Shown here: piece after piece, positions 10,357 to 19,840 of the stretch
Layout: the number at the start of each line of letters is the position of its first letter
Position numbering within the stretch: position 1 is the first letter of the stretch
Virus record (IMG/VR): IMGVR_UViG_3300032086_004496
Span: 1-53,579 of that record
From: a virus
Lineage: Duplodnaviria > Caudoviricetes
Length of the DNA stretch: 53,579 nucleotides
Direction: 5' to 3' (one strand)
Made by a program: the position numbers and the translations under genes
The notes under the pieces: generated by a model
What the model saw: the letters and a program-made list of their open reading frames with translations, nothing else
Databases searched by the model: none
Told to the model about the DNA's origin: nothing

Positions 10357-10441
10357 GTTATTTAGTTCTAAAAGTTTTGATAGCTTTTAACTGCTGGCAA
10401 TAGCAGTATAATAGTAATAAAAGAAGTGTTAAGTTAAAAGT

Positions 10442-11248
10442 TTAAAGTTCTAATTCTTCTGAATCTTCTTCGGCGCTGGCTTCTGCGCCAATCTCTTGTT
10501 CTTCCTCTTCATCTTTATCTTGGAGTTCTTCTTTTTCTTTTTCATACTCTGGGGTCGAAGAGGCTGGAAGGGTAGATTGTAATTCATCTTCAAACTTATC
10601 AAAATAAAGCATCATGTTGGTTAGCAGATAATCATAAAAAAGCTTTTCGTCTTCTTCGTCCGCTAACATATCATAGGCATCAACGATTTGTTTTTCGACC
10701 CTCTTGAAAGAGTCATGCGCAAAGTTCCTGCCTGTTTCATTTTGATCTTCAAGTCCTGCGCCAAAACTACCTTTTTCATCTTGCTGATCTTCTATATCAA
10801 TAAACTCACCGCTTACTGTTTCTTTATCGTCACCAGCATCGAGGTCAATCTTTAGTGCTTCAAGAAGTTCATTTTTATCAACTTCAAACTCATAACTTTC
10901 ACCAACTCTTTCAGCATCTGAAACAGCCTGGACTGGGTTCAGAGCATTCTTGATGGCGTGAATCATATGATTTCTAAAAGACTCTCTCTGTTGTGCAGAG
11001 GTTGTCAGCATTTTATAATCATCTTCGATCGTAGGAATGATATTCTTTAATAAATCAGCTAATACGTTTATACCAGTATAAACACTTGGTTCTTCAGTAC
11101 CAGTTTCAGCTTCTAAAAGTTTACGAATATGCTTTCTTAGCTTATCCTCAACTAGTCTTTGATAATTAAGTTTTTCTTCAATTCTTTTACGAACGTGTTC
11201 ACGAATTAAAGTTTCGGCTATTAGTTTTTCTCGGTTGATAGATTTCAT
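10442..11248 (-). CDS. Acidic hypothetical protein, possibly virion/head-internal
   Basis: Long ORF; likely start MKSINREK at 11248 (the ORF-track extension overlaps the next gene); LRKHIRKLLEAE motif and acidic tail. Confidence 0.65.
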   Translation of the reverse strand: MKSINREKLIAETLIREHVRKRIEEKLNYQRLVEDKLRKHIRKLLEAETGTEEPSVYTGINVLADLLKNIIPTIEDDYKMLTTSAQQRESFRNHMIHAIKNALNPVQAVSDAERVGESYEFEVDKNELLEALKIDLDAGDDKETVSGEFIDIEDQQDEKGSFGAGLEDQNETGRNFAHDSFKRVEKQIVDAYDMLADEEDEKLFYDYLLTNMMLYFDKFEDELQSTLPASSTPEYEKEKEELQDKDEEEEQEIGAEASAEEDSEELEL

Positions 11249-11258
11249 GGTGTAATAA

Positions 11259-13235
11259 TTATCTCCGTCTTTGACGTTTTGCTCTTTTAACCTTTGGTTT
11301 TTTGGTTCTTCTTTTATAAGGGTTGAATGTATTTGGACGACCAGATCCAAAACCTCCAGGAGCACCCTCTATAGCTCCAGCAGCCATTGTAGACATTTCT
11401 TCAATGGTGTCATCAATCATTCTGTCTATAAATTCTTGTTGGTTTGTCAATATACTATAAGCTAACTCTTTCTCTTCCGCTGATAAATGGTTTGGCAGAT
11501 TAGACTTGAACTCAACCTTTCCCTCATCGCCAGAAACCAGCAAGTTGCGCATATGTGTACCACTGACTCCACCGGCAAATAAAGGTGTAACAACAGGCTC
11601 TACTTTAACTCCAGGGTTGTTTCTCTCAGCATAGGATTGCGCTCTATCAAAACGTGCATCGTCAGCATCTTTTTCACTTTTTCCAAGCAAAGCAACATCG
11701 CCAGATTTAAAAACAGAATTATCAGCTATTAATTCATATACATCTCCAACAGGGGATGGGGTTGTTCCAGCACGAACCTTAATTTTTGGAAAATCTTTGG
11801 TATAAAGTTCCCACAACTTGACTGCCATATCTACATTTACGGGAGGTCTTGGTTTTGTAGAAACTATCACTATAACTTCATCAATATTTTTCTTATTTGC
11901 AAAATGTTTTGCCAACATAAAGTGTCCCGCATGAGGAGGTTTGAAACCACCAGGAACTAGAGCTATACGTTTGCCTTCGTTTTCTGAGATCACACTTGCA
12001 TCACGGACCATACTTTCGCTTGCTAATTTTTTATCACCTTTCTCATAACGAAACATACCTAGAATTTGATTGAGGGGTGCGTAATTGCCAGCAAATTTAT
12101 AAGTATGTCCATCATAATCGAAAACAATACCTTCAACAGGTGTAGTGATGTTTCCCATATCCTTGATCTTATTTAATTCCTTCTGCATGACTTCCATGGC
12201 TTTAGGATTGTCAGGGGCTAGTTCAATGATTCTATTGACCTGTTTTGAAAGTTCGTTTCTAAGTCTTTCAACTTCTTTTCCAGTGTCTAAGATAAATGAA
12301 GACTCTAGACCTTTTAGGATTTCAACAGTGAAATCGTGAATTATCATCTCTATTGGGAGGATTGCCTCTTTTAATAACATTTGTTTTGAATTTATGATGT
12401 TGTTTAGGTCTTCTAAATCAGAAGGTGGTACTTTCTTTTTTAGTTCTCTAAGTCCAATGTTCCCTTCAAGCTTCATGATATATTTTACTATCTCTTGTTT
12501 TATCATGTTAGGGAGTTTAGTATCAATACCATTCATCAATCGACTAATAACGTAATCTTGCACTGTTGATTTATCTGATAAACCTTCCTCTGATAAAGCT
12601 TTATCTAATTTTGAAGAAGCCATTCTAAGTGGTTGATCACTATCAAGTTTTCTAAGCTGTATAACAGCACGTCTTGCTAATGAATATTCGTTGTTTTCAA
12701 GTCTTTTTTGCATTCTTTGTAATGCATTGTCTAAGGTACCAAGACTATCCTCTGGAATTACATCTTTTTCGCCAGACTCACGATCAAAAACAAAGTGTCC
12801 AACGTCATGTATCTTAAGGGTCTTACCATCATAAAGGATTACATTCTTAGAACCTGGGTCCATTATTTCGGCGTTGTACCAAATATTTGTGTCTGGTCCA
12901 AAGACTCTTTTCTTCTCTTCAAATGAAAGACCTTCAACAGCATCTTCAAAAGCTTTGAAGCCTTCTGTGAAAGATTTTTCAATATTACCCCTACCAGCAA
13001 ACTTTTGTGCTAAACCTGTGGCGTCTAATCCACCTGATTTTAGGTTTCCCTTGTTCCGAGCGCCTTTAGCTTTTCCTTCTGGGATGGAGTAGGATAAAAA
13101 AATGTTTTGACCATCTGTCTTTTCTTCTACATCTAATTCCGCATTTGATGCAGCAGTCATGATTTCTTTCATTTTTCTGAAAGTTAAGTCATGATTATCA
13201 TATAAATGGTCCATGTGACCAGCGACACCACCCAT
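11259..13235 (-). CDS. Fusion of an RNA-ligase-like (DUF6267-like) domain and an HxGH cytidylyltransferase-like domain
   Basis: EKTDG, EGIVF, YKF ligase-type motifs; PGGFKPPHAGH and VSGT..R HIGH-superfamily motifs; basic C-terminal tail. Confidence 0.7.
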   Translation of the reverse strand: MGGVAGHMDHLYDNHDLTFRKMKEIMTAASNAELDVEEKTDGQNIFLSYSIPEGKAKGARNKGNLKSGGLDATGLAQKFAGRGNIEKSFTEGFKAFEDAVEGLSFEEKKRVFGPDTNIWYNAEIMDPGSKNVILYDGKTLKIHDVGHFVFDRESGEKDVIPEDSLGTLDNALQRMQKRLENNEYSLARRAVIQLRKLDSDQPLRMASSKLDKALSEEGLSDKSTVQDYVISRLMNGIDTKLPNMIKQEIVKYIMKLEGNIGLRELKKKVPPSDLEDLNNIINSKQMLLKEAILPIEMIIHDFTVEILKGLESSFILDTGKEVERLRNELSKQVNRIIELAPDNPKAMEVMQKELNKIKDMGNITTPVEGIVFDYDGHTYKFAGNYAPLNQILGMFRYEKGDKKLASESMVRDASVISENEGKRIALVPGGFKPPHAGHFMLAKHFANKKNIDEVIVIVSTKPRPPVNVDMAVKLWELYTKDFPKIKVRAGTTPSPVGDVYELIADNSVFKSGDVALLGKSEKDADDARFDRAQSYAERNNPGVKVEPVVTPLFAGGVSGTHMRNLLVSGDEGKVEFKSNLPNHLSAEEKELAYSILTNQQEFIDRMIDDTIEEMSTMAAGAIEGAPGGFGSGRPNTFNPYKRRTKKPKVKRAKRQRRR

Positions 13236-13484
13236 TTACTTTTCCTCTTTTAGTAAATTAAGTTCTTCTTCTAGTGAAGTTATTCTTTCATTCAAACCTC
13301 TGAGATGTCTCTTTATACCACGAACATGTTCTTTTGCCAAGGAAATTCTGTTAGAATCTCTCTTATTGGTTACTTTTATGCTTTCGATTATGTCTTGCAG
13401 TGCCTGTAAAGAAGCACCTGCATCTAATTTGAACCCTTCGTTCATCAAAAACGATTTAGTGATTCTGTAAAGTCTGTCTTTCAT
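13236..13484 (-). CDS. Hypothetical coiled-coil protein
   Basis: Start MKDRLYR at 13484 with GGAGA RBS; abuts the next gene. Confidence 0.6.
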   Translation of the reverse strand: MKDRLYRITKSFLMNEGFKLDAGASLQALQDIIESIKVTNKRDSNRISLAKEHVRGIKRHLRGLNERITSLEEELNLLKEEK

Positions 13485-13545
13485 GTTTTCTCCAATGTGA
13501 ACGGGAATCGTAAACATATATAAGTAGTTTATAATCAGCAAAGAT

Positions 13546-13866
13546 TTACAAACTACTCGAAACTAAACTAAGCATCCCGCCTCTAATCTCTAGTTTATAC
13601 AAAACGCTTATACCAGATGCATTTGTGCCTTCGAATGCAAAGCTTTGAGCTTTTATTTGTCCAGATCCTGACACCACGTTGGACGAGTTAATCGTAAAAG
13701 TATCTAAACCTGTTATTGTGGAGCCATCGCCAGTTGCTTTAAGTATGTTTCCATCAGTATTGCCATTAATGGTTATGCCACCACCGCCACCACCGCTAAC
13801 AACACTTCCAGAGACTGGAAACTGGTTTATTGGACCAAGGATCCTTCTGTTATTTAATACTGACAT
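13546..13866 (-). CDS. Gly/Ser-rich putative virion protein
   Basis: SGS repeats; C-terminus similar to that of 18166..19389. Confidence 0.55.
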   Translation of the reverse strand: MSVLNNRRILGPINQFPVSGSVVSGGGGGGITINGNTDGNILKATGDGSTITGLDTFTINSSNVVSGSGQIKAQSFAFEGTNASGISVLYKLEIRGGMLSLVSSSL

Positions 13867-14300
13867 TATGATCCACCATCATATCCTGCGAGAGCGTTTG
13901 ATGGATCCTCTCTAAAACGTCTAACAACAAAACCAACCACATTGATTCTACTGTTAGAACCCGCCTTAACAAATATTGGCGTTCCAAGGTGAGGTATACC
14001 TGGGTATATCAAAGTAAGTCCCGCTTGCCCACCCACTGTTACAATAATTGAATCACTATCGCCAGTAGTAGAGTTACCAAAACTCATTGTCAGAGGCGTA
14101 TCTGTTGAATTATAATTGGATGCCCATAGGTAGACCTCATCCATAGCTTGAGTAGCAGCCGTGTGAACTAAAGTACCAGCAGTTGTAATAGCTATTGGAT
14201 TACCGTTAGGACTTTCTGAGAGCGGATATCTTGCTGCCCCAGATGCTTTAGGGGATACAGCCCCAGCGGGTATATTACTTCTTGTAGAAAAGCCAGACAT
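13866..14300 (-). CDS. Hypothetical beta-rich protein, possibly virion-associated
   Basis: Strong AGGAGG RBS; Thr/Gly/Ser-rich. Confidence 0.55.
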   Translation of the reverse strand: MSGFSTRSNIPAGAVSPKASGAARYPLSESPNGNPIAITTAGTLVHTAATQAMDEVYLWASNYNSTDTPLTMSFGNSTTGDSDSIIVTVGGQAGLTLIYPGIPHLGTPIFVKAGSNSRINVVGFVVRRFREDPSNALAGYDGGS

Positions 14301-14334
14301 ATTTTCCTCCTAAAATATTACTCTAACTATATAT

Positions 14335-15225
14335 CTACTTTCCGAATGTTTCTTGGAGTTTTGCCTTCATTTTTTGAATCCAGATACGATCAACCTGATT
14401 ATTGAAAGCTGGAACATTATCTCTTTCAAAAAGTGCCATCTCCCCTATAGCGATAGATTTTTTCAAAAAAACCTTAATGGCAACTAATGGAGCAGATAAG
14501 CCAACATTTTCTATTGTTGAGTATCCAGCAAAGATCACACCAACTAATTTGTTGTCTTTATTTATTATTGGAGATCCACTTGATCCAGGTTTTGTAGGTA
14601 TTGTATAAACTGAAAACCCTTTGTTGTGAAATCCAGAAAATTGTCCTTTGAATATTAAGACAGTGCCCGGCCAAAACAATCCGTGAGGTGCCGCCATATT
14701 TATAACAGACTCTCCTCTTTTAGGTTCTTTATCAGCCAGCTTAAGAGTTGGTGGATTCGTTATTACATTTGAGGCACGCAATAAACAAAGATCAAATCTT
14801 TTATTTATCATAACAACTTCAGCGTCGTGTTTGAATCCATTAAGATCAACTACTTTAAATTTTGATCCTTTATTTTCTACACGAAAACCTTCAATCATTT
14901 GTTTTTTAGGGAATTTTGCTTCGCAAGAATGTCCAGCAGAAAGAACGTAAGAATATCCTTGTGATACTTCACTATGGAAAACATATGCACCAGACGAGGC
15001 ATAACGCATCACAGCTTTTTGGCATCTTTCTAATCCAGTCTTTTTGTCGATTCCACAACCTTCAACTTCAACTGAATGTTGAATTTGAACAAAAGCGTGT
15101 CTTGGATAAATCTCCTCTTCGCTATTTGATCGATCACTAATTGTTACGCATCCGCTAACACAACTTGTTAGTAAAAGTAACGATAATGTAAGAAACTTGA
15201 CGTAAATGGATGTTTTTTTTATCAT
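14335..15225 (-). CDS. Trypsin-like serine protease, probable lipoprotein
   Basis: Triad SAGHSC, DLCLL, PGSSGSP; lipobox-like LLLLTSC. Confidence 0.88.
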   Translation of the reverse strand: MIKKTSIYVKFLTLSLLLLTSCVSGCVTISDRSNSEEEIYPRHAFVQIQHSVEVEGCGIDKKTGLERCQKAVMRYASSGAYVFHSEVSQGYSYVLSAGHSCEAKFPKKQMIEGFRVENKGSKFKVVDLNGFKHDAEVVMINKRFDLCLLRASNVITNPPTLKLADKEPKRGESVINMAAPHGLFWPGTVLIFKGQFSGFHNKGFSVYTIPTKPGSSGSPIINKDNKLVGVIFAGYSTIENVGLSAPLVAIKVFLKKSIAIGEMALFERDNVPAFNNQVDRIWIQKMKAKLQETFGK

Positions 15226-15268
15226 AGTAAAGTAACTAGATTGAAAAGGGACTAATTATCCGTAGTAA

Positions 15269-15562
15269 ATGAAATACGATATTCATTACGAAGGAAAATA
15301 TAACAATATGGTTAGTAACATAGTATTATCAGCATTTTTAATGCTTTCTAGTCAAAATACTGAATTTCCAGATGTTTGGAAAAAAATTGAAGGCAAATGG
15401 TCTTATGTGGGGCAAGTAAAAGAAAAACCTCAAATTCTTGTTTGGATTGAAAACAAATCCAAAAGCAATCCCGAAAACATAGTTACTAAAGAGATCAAAA
15501 AGATGCCGTTTATCATTTTGTCTCCAAAAGGAGAGGTACTGGACTTACAACCTCTCCAATAA
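15269..15562 (+). CDS. Hypothetical protein
   Basis: First ORF of a plus-strand three-gene unit. Confidence 0.55.
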   Translation: MKYDIHYEGKYNNMVSNIVLSAFLMLSSQNTEFPDVWKKIEGKWSYVGQVKEKPQILVWIENKSKSNPENIVTKEIKKMPFIILSPKGEVLDLQPLQ

Positions 15563-15571
15563 GGAGGGGCT

Positions 15572-16042
15572 ATGTCAAATATTCTAAAAATTAGAGTTAC
15601 TCTGTTAAGTATTTTAGCACTTGTTGGTGCAATATCTATACATTATTATGTCAAGGCAGAAAACTTATATAAAGTTATAGTACCAAAACAAACAACATAT
15701 TATACTCCTGGGCAGCACGACAACTGCAAATGGGTTGTTCATATAAGTAATGATGTCACCACAGAGCCGGGATCTAATTCTCCAATACAAATTGGAATAC
15801 CCGAAGTTTCAAAGGATGGGTACATAGCGGGAATATTACAAAATAGTCCAGGTGACGCCTTGTTATTGGCATTTAAGTTACCATCTCAATCAAGTAGTAG
15901 CCCGCCAGTTGTTATGACACATGTTTATGACAAGAGTAAATTACCAATTAGACAAGGCAGATTCCGTGTGTATGGAAGTTCACTGCTAACAATGGTTCTT
16001 TATAATAGCTATGAATCCTGCATAGAGGCTTCTATGAAATGA
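15572..16042 (+). CDS. Hypothetical membrane-anchored/secreted protein
   Basis: AAGGAGG RBS; N-terminal hydrophobic helix. Confidence 0.65.
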   Translation: MSNILKIRVTLLSILALVGAISIHYYVKAENLYKVIVPKQTTYYTPGQHDNCKWVVHISNDVTTEPGSNSPIQIGIPEVSKDGYIAGILQNSPGDALLLAFKLPSQSSSSPPVVMTHVYDKSKLPIRQGRFRVYGSSLLTMVLYNSYESCIEASMK

Positions 16043-17289
16043 AAAGTTTATTTGTCTTCTTACTCCTACTTTTTGCTGTAGGTTGTGAAGAAGATAGACT
16101 TGTAAAGCTAGAATGCGTTCTTGGCGACAAACTCGTTTGTAATGAGTTTGGACAGAATTTTCCAGCCGTTGATCCAGCCGACATTCCAGAGAGAACAGGT
16201 CAATGTTCTTATGGAACGAGAACCTGCACAATAAACGGTTGGGGAGAATGCAAGGGAGCAAAAGGACCAGAAGAAGAGGTTTGTGATGGGATTGATAATG
16301 ATTGTGATATGACAATCGATGAAACCTATCCAGAAGAACATCAACTTTGTGGGTTCCAAGAAAATATAGATTATGGAGTTGGCATCTGCAAACCAGGTGT
16401 TATGACCTGTTATAATGGTGTCTTATATTGCGACGGGCATACAGGACCCGCTGATGAAATCTGTGATGGTGTTGATAATAACTGCAATGGAACTGTTGAT
16501 GAGGGGATTGCCAATGCTACAGCGGTTGCCTGCTATGAAGGACCTGAAGGAACTCTAGCAGTTGGTGAGTGCCGAGCAGGTATTCGCTATTGCACTGACG
16601 GCAACTTTGGTGGACCTTGTGATGGCCAGGTTTTGCCAACTGCTGAAAGATGTGATGACCTTGATAATGATTGCGACGGAGAAGTCGATGAAGGCTTTGA
16701 TACTCGTGGTGTAGATTTGGTTTTTGTCCTCGATATTTCTGGTTCCTTTGATGACGAGATAGAGTCAATGATTTTGGGCATAACTCCGCTTTTAGACGAC
16801 CCGATAACGAGCAGATTTCGATTTGGACTAGTTGTTGTAGGTGCTAGGCAGGGTGAAGACATAAGACCACATAATCTATACTCTAGAATGGTCTCTGATT
16901 TTGTTCCCGCTGATGAGTTCGTGGCGATACTGGAAGCAGGCAGAATGATTGATAGTGCTGGGCAAGAGCCAACCATTGATACGATGTATTGGACAATGAA
17001 CAGGTACCCATTTTCGTGGAGACCAGAAGCACAAAAAGTTGTTATCACAATGACTGACGAAATAGCCCAGACAATCACTTCAATGACCTGTCTAGAAGTA
17101 GCAACCCATGCTGACAATTATGGATATGAGTTATTTGTATTTGCTCTACAAGAGCATCATAGGAGTTTCTTAGATTGTGTCAGCGGAGACAGGGACAGGC
17201 TCTATACGCCAACTGCTAATTCAGAGACTATCTTTTCCCAGATCAGGCAAATCTTTGACGACCTCTGTGTTAGCGGTAGAGGCAACTGA
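16039..17289 (+). CDS. Lipoprotein with putative metal-binding CDGxDNxCxGxxDE repeats and C-terminal vWA domain
   Basis: FAVGC lipobox; three E.CD..DN.C....DE repeats; DLVFVLDISGS MIDAS motif and ITMTDE. Confidence 0.85.
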   Translation: MKSLFVFLLLLFAVGCEEDRLVKLECVLGDKLVCNEFGQNFPAVDPADIPERTGQCSYGTRTCTINGWGECKGAKGPEEEVCDGIDNDCDMTIDETYPEEHQLCGFQENIDYGVGICKPGVMTCYNGVLYCDGHTGPADEICDGVDNNCNGTVDEGIANATAVACYEGPEGTLAVGECRAGIRYCTDGNFGGPCDGQVLPTAERCDDLDNDCDGEVDEGFDTRGVDLVFVLDISGSFDDEIESMILGITPLLDDPITSRFRFGLVVVGARQGEDIRPHNLYSRMVSDFVPADEFVAILEAGRMIDSAGQEPTIDTMYWTMNRYPFSWRPEAQKVVITMTDEIAQTITSMTCLEVATHADNYGYELFVFALQEHHRSFLDCVSGDRDRLYTPTANSETIFSQIRQIFDDLCVSGRGN

Positions 17290-17529
17290 AGAAACGTAAT
17301 CTTCCAGGGAAAGTATTTCTTCAGTAGTCTTAACAAAAGTTTGAACAAGTGCTGCTAGTTTTTGCTGCATTTCTTCAAACTTTTCATTATTGAATATCTC
17401 ACTTATTTCTTTGACACAAATATCTCTAGTTTTTTGTTGTCTTATTAGAATTTCGTTTAGGCAGGTTTGGAGAATTTTTTGTTTGTCTATGGGATTTACT
17501 TTTAGTGTTACTTTTTCAATCTGTGACAT
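17221..17529 (-). CDS. Hypothetical helical protein
   Basis: ORF overlapping the end of the J-domain gene; overlaps the convergent gene end by ~70 nt. Confidence 0.5.
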   Translation of the reverse strand: MSQIEKVTLKVNPIDKQKILQTCLNEILIRQQKTRDICVKEISEIFNNEKFEEMQQKLAALVQTFVKTTEEILSLEDYVSSVASTANTEVVKDLPDLGKDSL

Positions 17530-18094
17530 GTTGTTCTCCTAATATTGCAGCTAACTTATTAAGTATCATCATCTTTTCATTTTCATCTTTTGCTCTAAAC
17601 CAAGCCCAGGCGACAGTGCCTTTTTTCTTGTCTATTTCTTTAGAAATGAGAAGAATATTGTTCTGTATAATTTCCATGGATTCATCGGAAAGTTTCGGAA
17701 CTTCAATGTCCACTATCCCTGCAACTTCAACGATCTTTGCTAGGTTATTTTCTTCATAAGCAACAATAACTTCAGGGAACATTTTTGCCTGTTCTTCATC
17801 AGAACATATGTCGGGGTGTATCTTAGAAGCAATTTTTCGATACAGCTTTTTTATATCTTTGTTTTTTACTTCCTTATTGACTTCAATTTCTACCTCATCC
17901 TTTTCGGGTATATCTTTTGTTACTTTTGGAGGTTCAGGATTTTTATTGAGTCTTATTTTGTTTTGTTCAGGATAATATTTTTCCATATATTCATTTATTT
18001 CAACTTCAACAGAAGAGCACGCATCAAAAACTTCCTTTTTTTCTAGAGACAAATACCCGTATTGTAATAGAATTTTTTTTAGCTTTGTATTCAT
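17516..18094 (-). CDS. J-domain-containing protein
   Basis: IKKLYRKIASKIHPD with the HPD motif. Confidence 0.72.
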   Translation of the reverse strand: MNTKLKKILLQYGYLSLEKKEVFDACSSVEVEINEYMEKYYPEQNKIRLNKNPEPPKVTKDIPEKDEVEIEVNKEVKNKDIKKLYRKIASKIHPDICSDEEQAKMFPEVIVAYEENNLAKIVEVAGIVDIEVPKLSDESMEIIQNNILLISKEIDKKKGTVAWAWFRAKDENEKMMILNKLAAILGEQHVTD

Positions 18095-18104
18095 ATCTTA
18101 AATA

Positions 18105-18129
18105 GAAAACGGAGAGCCGAAGCCCTCCG
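18105..18129 (-). terminator. Rho-independent terminator
   Basis: Minus strand CGGAGGGC-TTCG-GCTCTCCG followed by TTTTC. Confidence 0.75.
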
Positions 18130-18165
18130 AATTCACATTATAACTTAAGAACTCTATGCTAAATT

Positions 18166-19389
18166 TTAGCCTAGAGATGCAGATGTAAGCTGGAGCATTC
18201 CGCCGACAACATTCAGTTCGTACAGAGCGGCAACGCCTGATCCGTTCGTACCTGCAAACTTGAAGCTCTGTGCCGTAATCGGTCCCGAACCACTAACAGA
18301 GGTGGTGCAGTTAAGACTATCGACAGAAACAGCGCCCAGTGTTGCTCCAAAGGAGCTAGATATCACGCTGAGAGCGGCGTTACTATTGTAAGTAACAGAG
18401 AACGAGTTATTTGCATCGTCAGAGACACCTGCCAAGAAAGACGAGCCAGAAACCTGAAGCTCCTGACCTGTCGGTCCAATCGACGAAGCGTTGACACCAA
18501 CAGCAGTAATAGACAAATCAGAGCCAGACATTCCAGTCACGCCAATTGTCAATTGTTGCTCTGTGTCATCACTCGATCCAAGCTGAACCGTCGAACCAGA
18601 AAAGGTGTTCATAAGAACAATACCTGTTGCTTCGTCGTTAGTCAGCTTACTCGTGATGTTGTTGATTCCAGAAACATTCTGCGAGGCGTCAAGAGACACA
18701 ACTTTACTAGCAACCGCAGTACCAGCGGTAACACCACTATTGAGGTTCAAGTTGGCAGCCGTAGCCGTAACAACGGTTCCACCAAGCTTAAGTCCATTAG
18801 TTCCATCGTGCGCCGCAATGTCAAAGTCACGGCTTCCATCTTTGATAACAATATCACCATTAGAATCGAACGTGATCAAATCAGAAACAGCAGTGACGCC
18901 AATGGTAGCATCGTTCTTAAGTCTCAGACCAGCACCATGTATTTCAAGAGATGCAGAAAGAGTACCCGAGATAGAAAGCTTATTAGCATCAAGGTTCAAC
19001 AAATCTGTATCATCAGTTGTACCAAGAGTAAAGTCATCACCACCAATAACACCATCAGTTCCACCCACTCTACCTAATCGAACCGAGCCAGTTGCTTCAG
19101 AAAGTGCTTGGTTAACTTCCAAGAACGAAATCTCGTTAGCATCAGTAATGTTAGCCTTCAAAAAGTTAAGAGCTTGAATAACCGAACCAGAAACACCTTC
19201 GAATGATGAACTAAGAGCAAGTCCACCATCTGCTATAACAGATGAGTTTGCTGGGAAACCAGCCTGTCCTGCAACAGGAAGTGCAACAAATCCACCAACA
19301 GAACCAGTAACGGCACCACCAATAGCTTTAAAACTAGCTAGAAACTGTTCTCCATCCATGCTGGAGCCTGTAATAAATCCTACAGCCAT
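18166..19389 (-). CDS. Putative tail fibre/virion structural protein
   Basis: G/S/T/A-rich; GLKLGGTVVTATAANLN motif; many SGS repeats; AAGGAG RBS. Confidence 0.65.
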   Translation of the reverse strand: MAVGFITGSSMDGEQFLASFKAIGGAVTGSVGGFVALPVAGQAGFPANSSVIADGGLALSSSFEGVSGSVIQALNFLKANITDANEISFLEVNQALSEATGSVRLGRVGGTDGVIGGDDFTLGTTDDTDLLNLDANKLSISGTLSASLEIHGAGLRLKNDATIGVTAVSDLITFDSNGDIVIKDGSRDFDIAAHDGTNGLKLGGTVVTATAANLNLNSGVTAGTAVASKVVSLDASQNVSGINNITSKLTNDEATGIVLMNTFSGSTVQLGSSDDTEQQLTIGVTGMSGSDLSITAVGVNASSIGPTGQELQVSGSSFLAGVSDDANNSFSVTYNSNAALSVISSSFGATLGAVSVDSLNCTTSVSGSGPITAQSFKFAGTNGSGVAALYELNVVGGMLQLTSASLG

Positions 19390-19592
19390 AATAAAATCTC
19401 CTTATTATGTTTTTTTGGTTAACAAAAACCTTTAGATAACCAAGAACTCCTAGTTTGTGTCGGAGGTCTAATAGATTTTTTTGGAACTGGCTGTGCAGTG
19501 TTATACTGCCGGCTTACAATAGATAGTTTGTGCAAGCTTATTATAAACGAAAAAATGTCAACATTATTCAACATTATTTTCTAATAAAAAAA

Positions 19593-19680
19593 TGGCAGAG
19601 GGTGTGGGATTCGAACCCACGGTAGGTTGCCCTACACAGCATTTCCAATGCTGCACCTTCGGCCTCTCGGTCAACCCTCT
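19593..19680 (-). tRNA. tRNA-Ser(GGA)
   Basis: Cloverleaf with long variable arm, loop TTGGAAA, GTTCGAATC, encoded CCA. Confidence 0.95.
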
Positions 19681-19685
19681 ATATA

Positions 19686-19760
19686 TGGAGCGGCTACTCG
19701 GGATCGAACCGAGATCATCAGCTTGGAAGGCTGAGGTAATGGCCATTATACGATAGCCGC
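19686..19760 (-). tRNA. tRNA-Gly(TCC)
   Basis: GCGGCTA acceptor, TCAGC-CTTCCAA-GCTGA anticodon arm, T73-CCA. Confidence 0.95.
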
Positions 19761-19763
19761 TTA

Positions 19764-19839
19764 TGGTGCCCAAAGTAGGACTTGAACCTACAACCTTTGG
19801 TTTACAAAACCACTGCTCTGCCAATTGAGCTATTCGGGC
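19764..19839 (-). tRNA. tRNA-Thr(TGT)
   Basis: Anticodon loop TTTGTAA, GTTCAAGTC T-loop, CCA. Confidence 0.93.
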
Positions 19840-19840
19840 A

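Noticed and set aside
19540-19561. TTGACA...TATAAT upstream of the fibre-like gene
   Set aside because: Spacer is only about 10 nt
19564-19824. 86-aa minus-strand ORF
   Set aside because: Lies entirely over three tRNA genes
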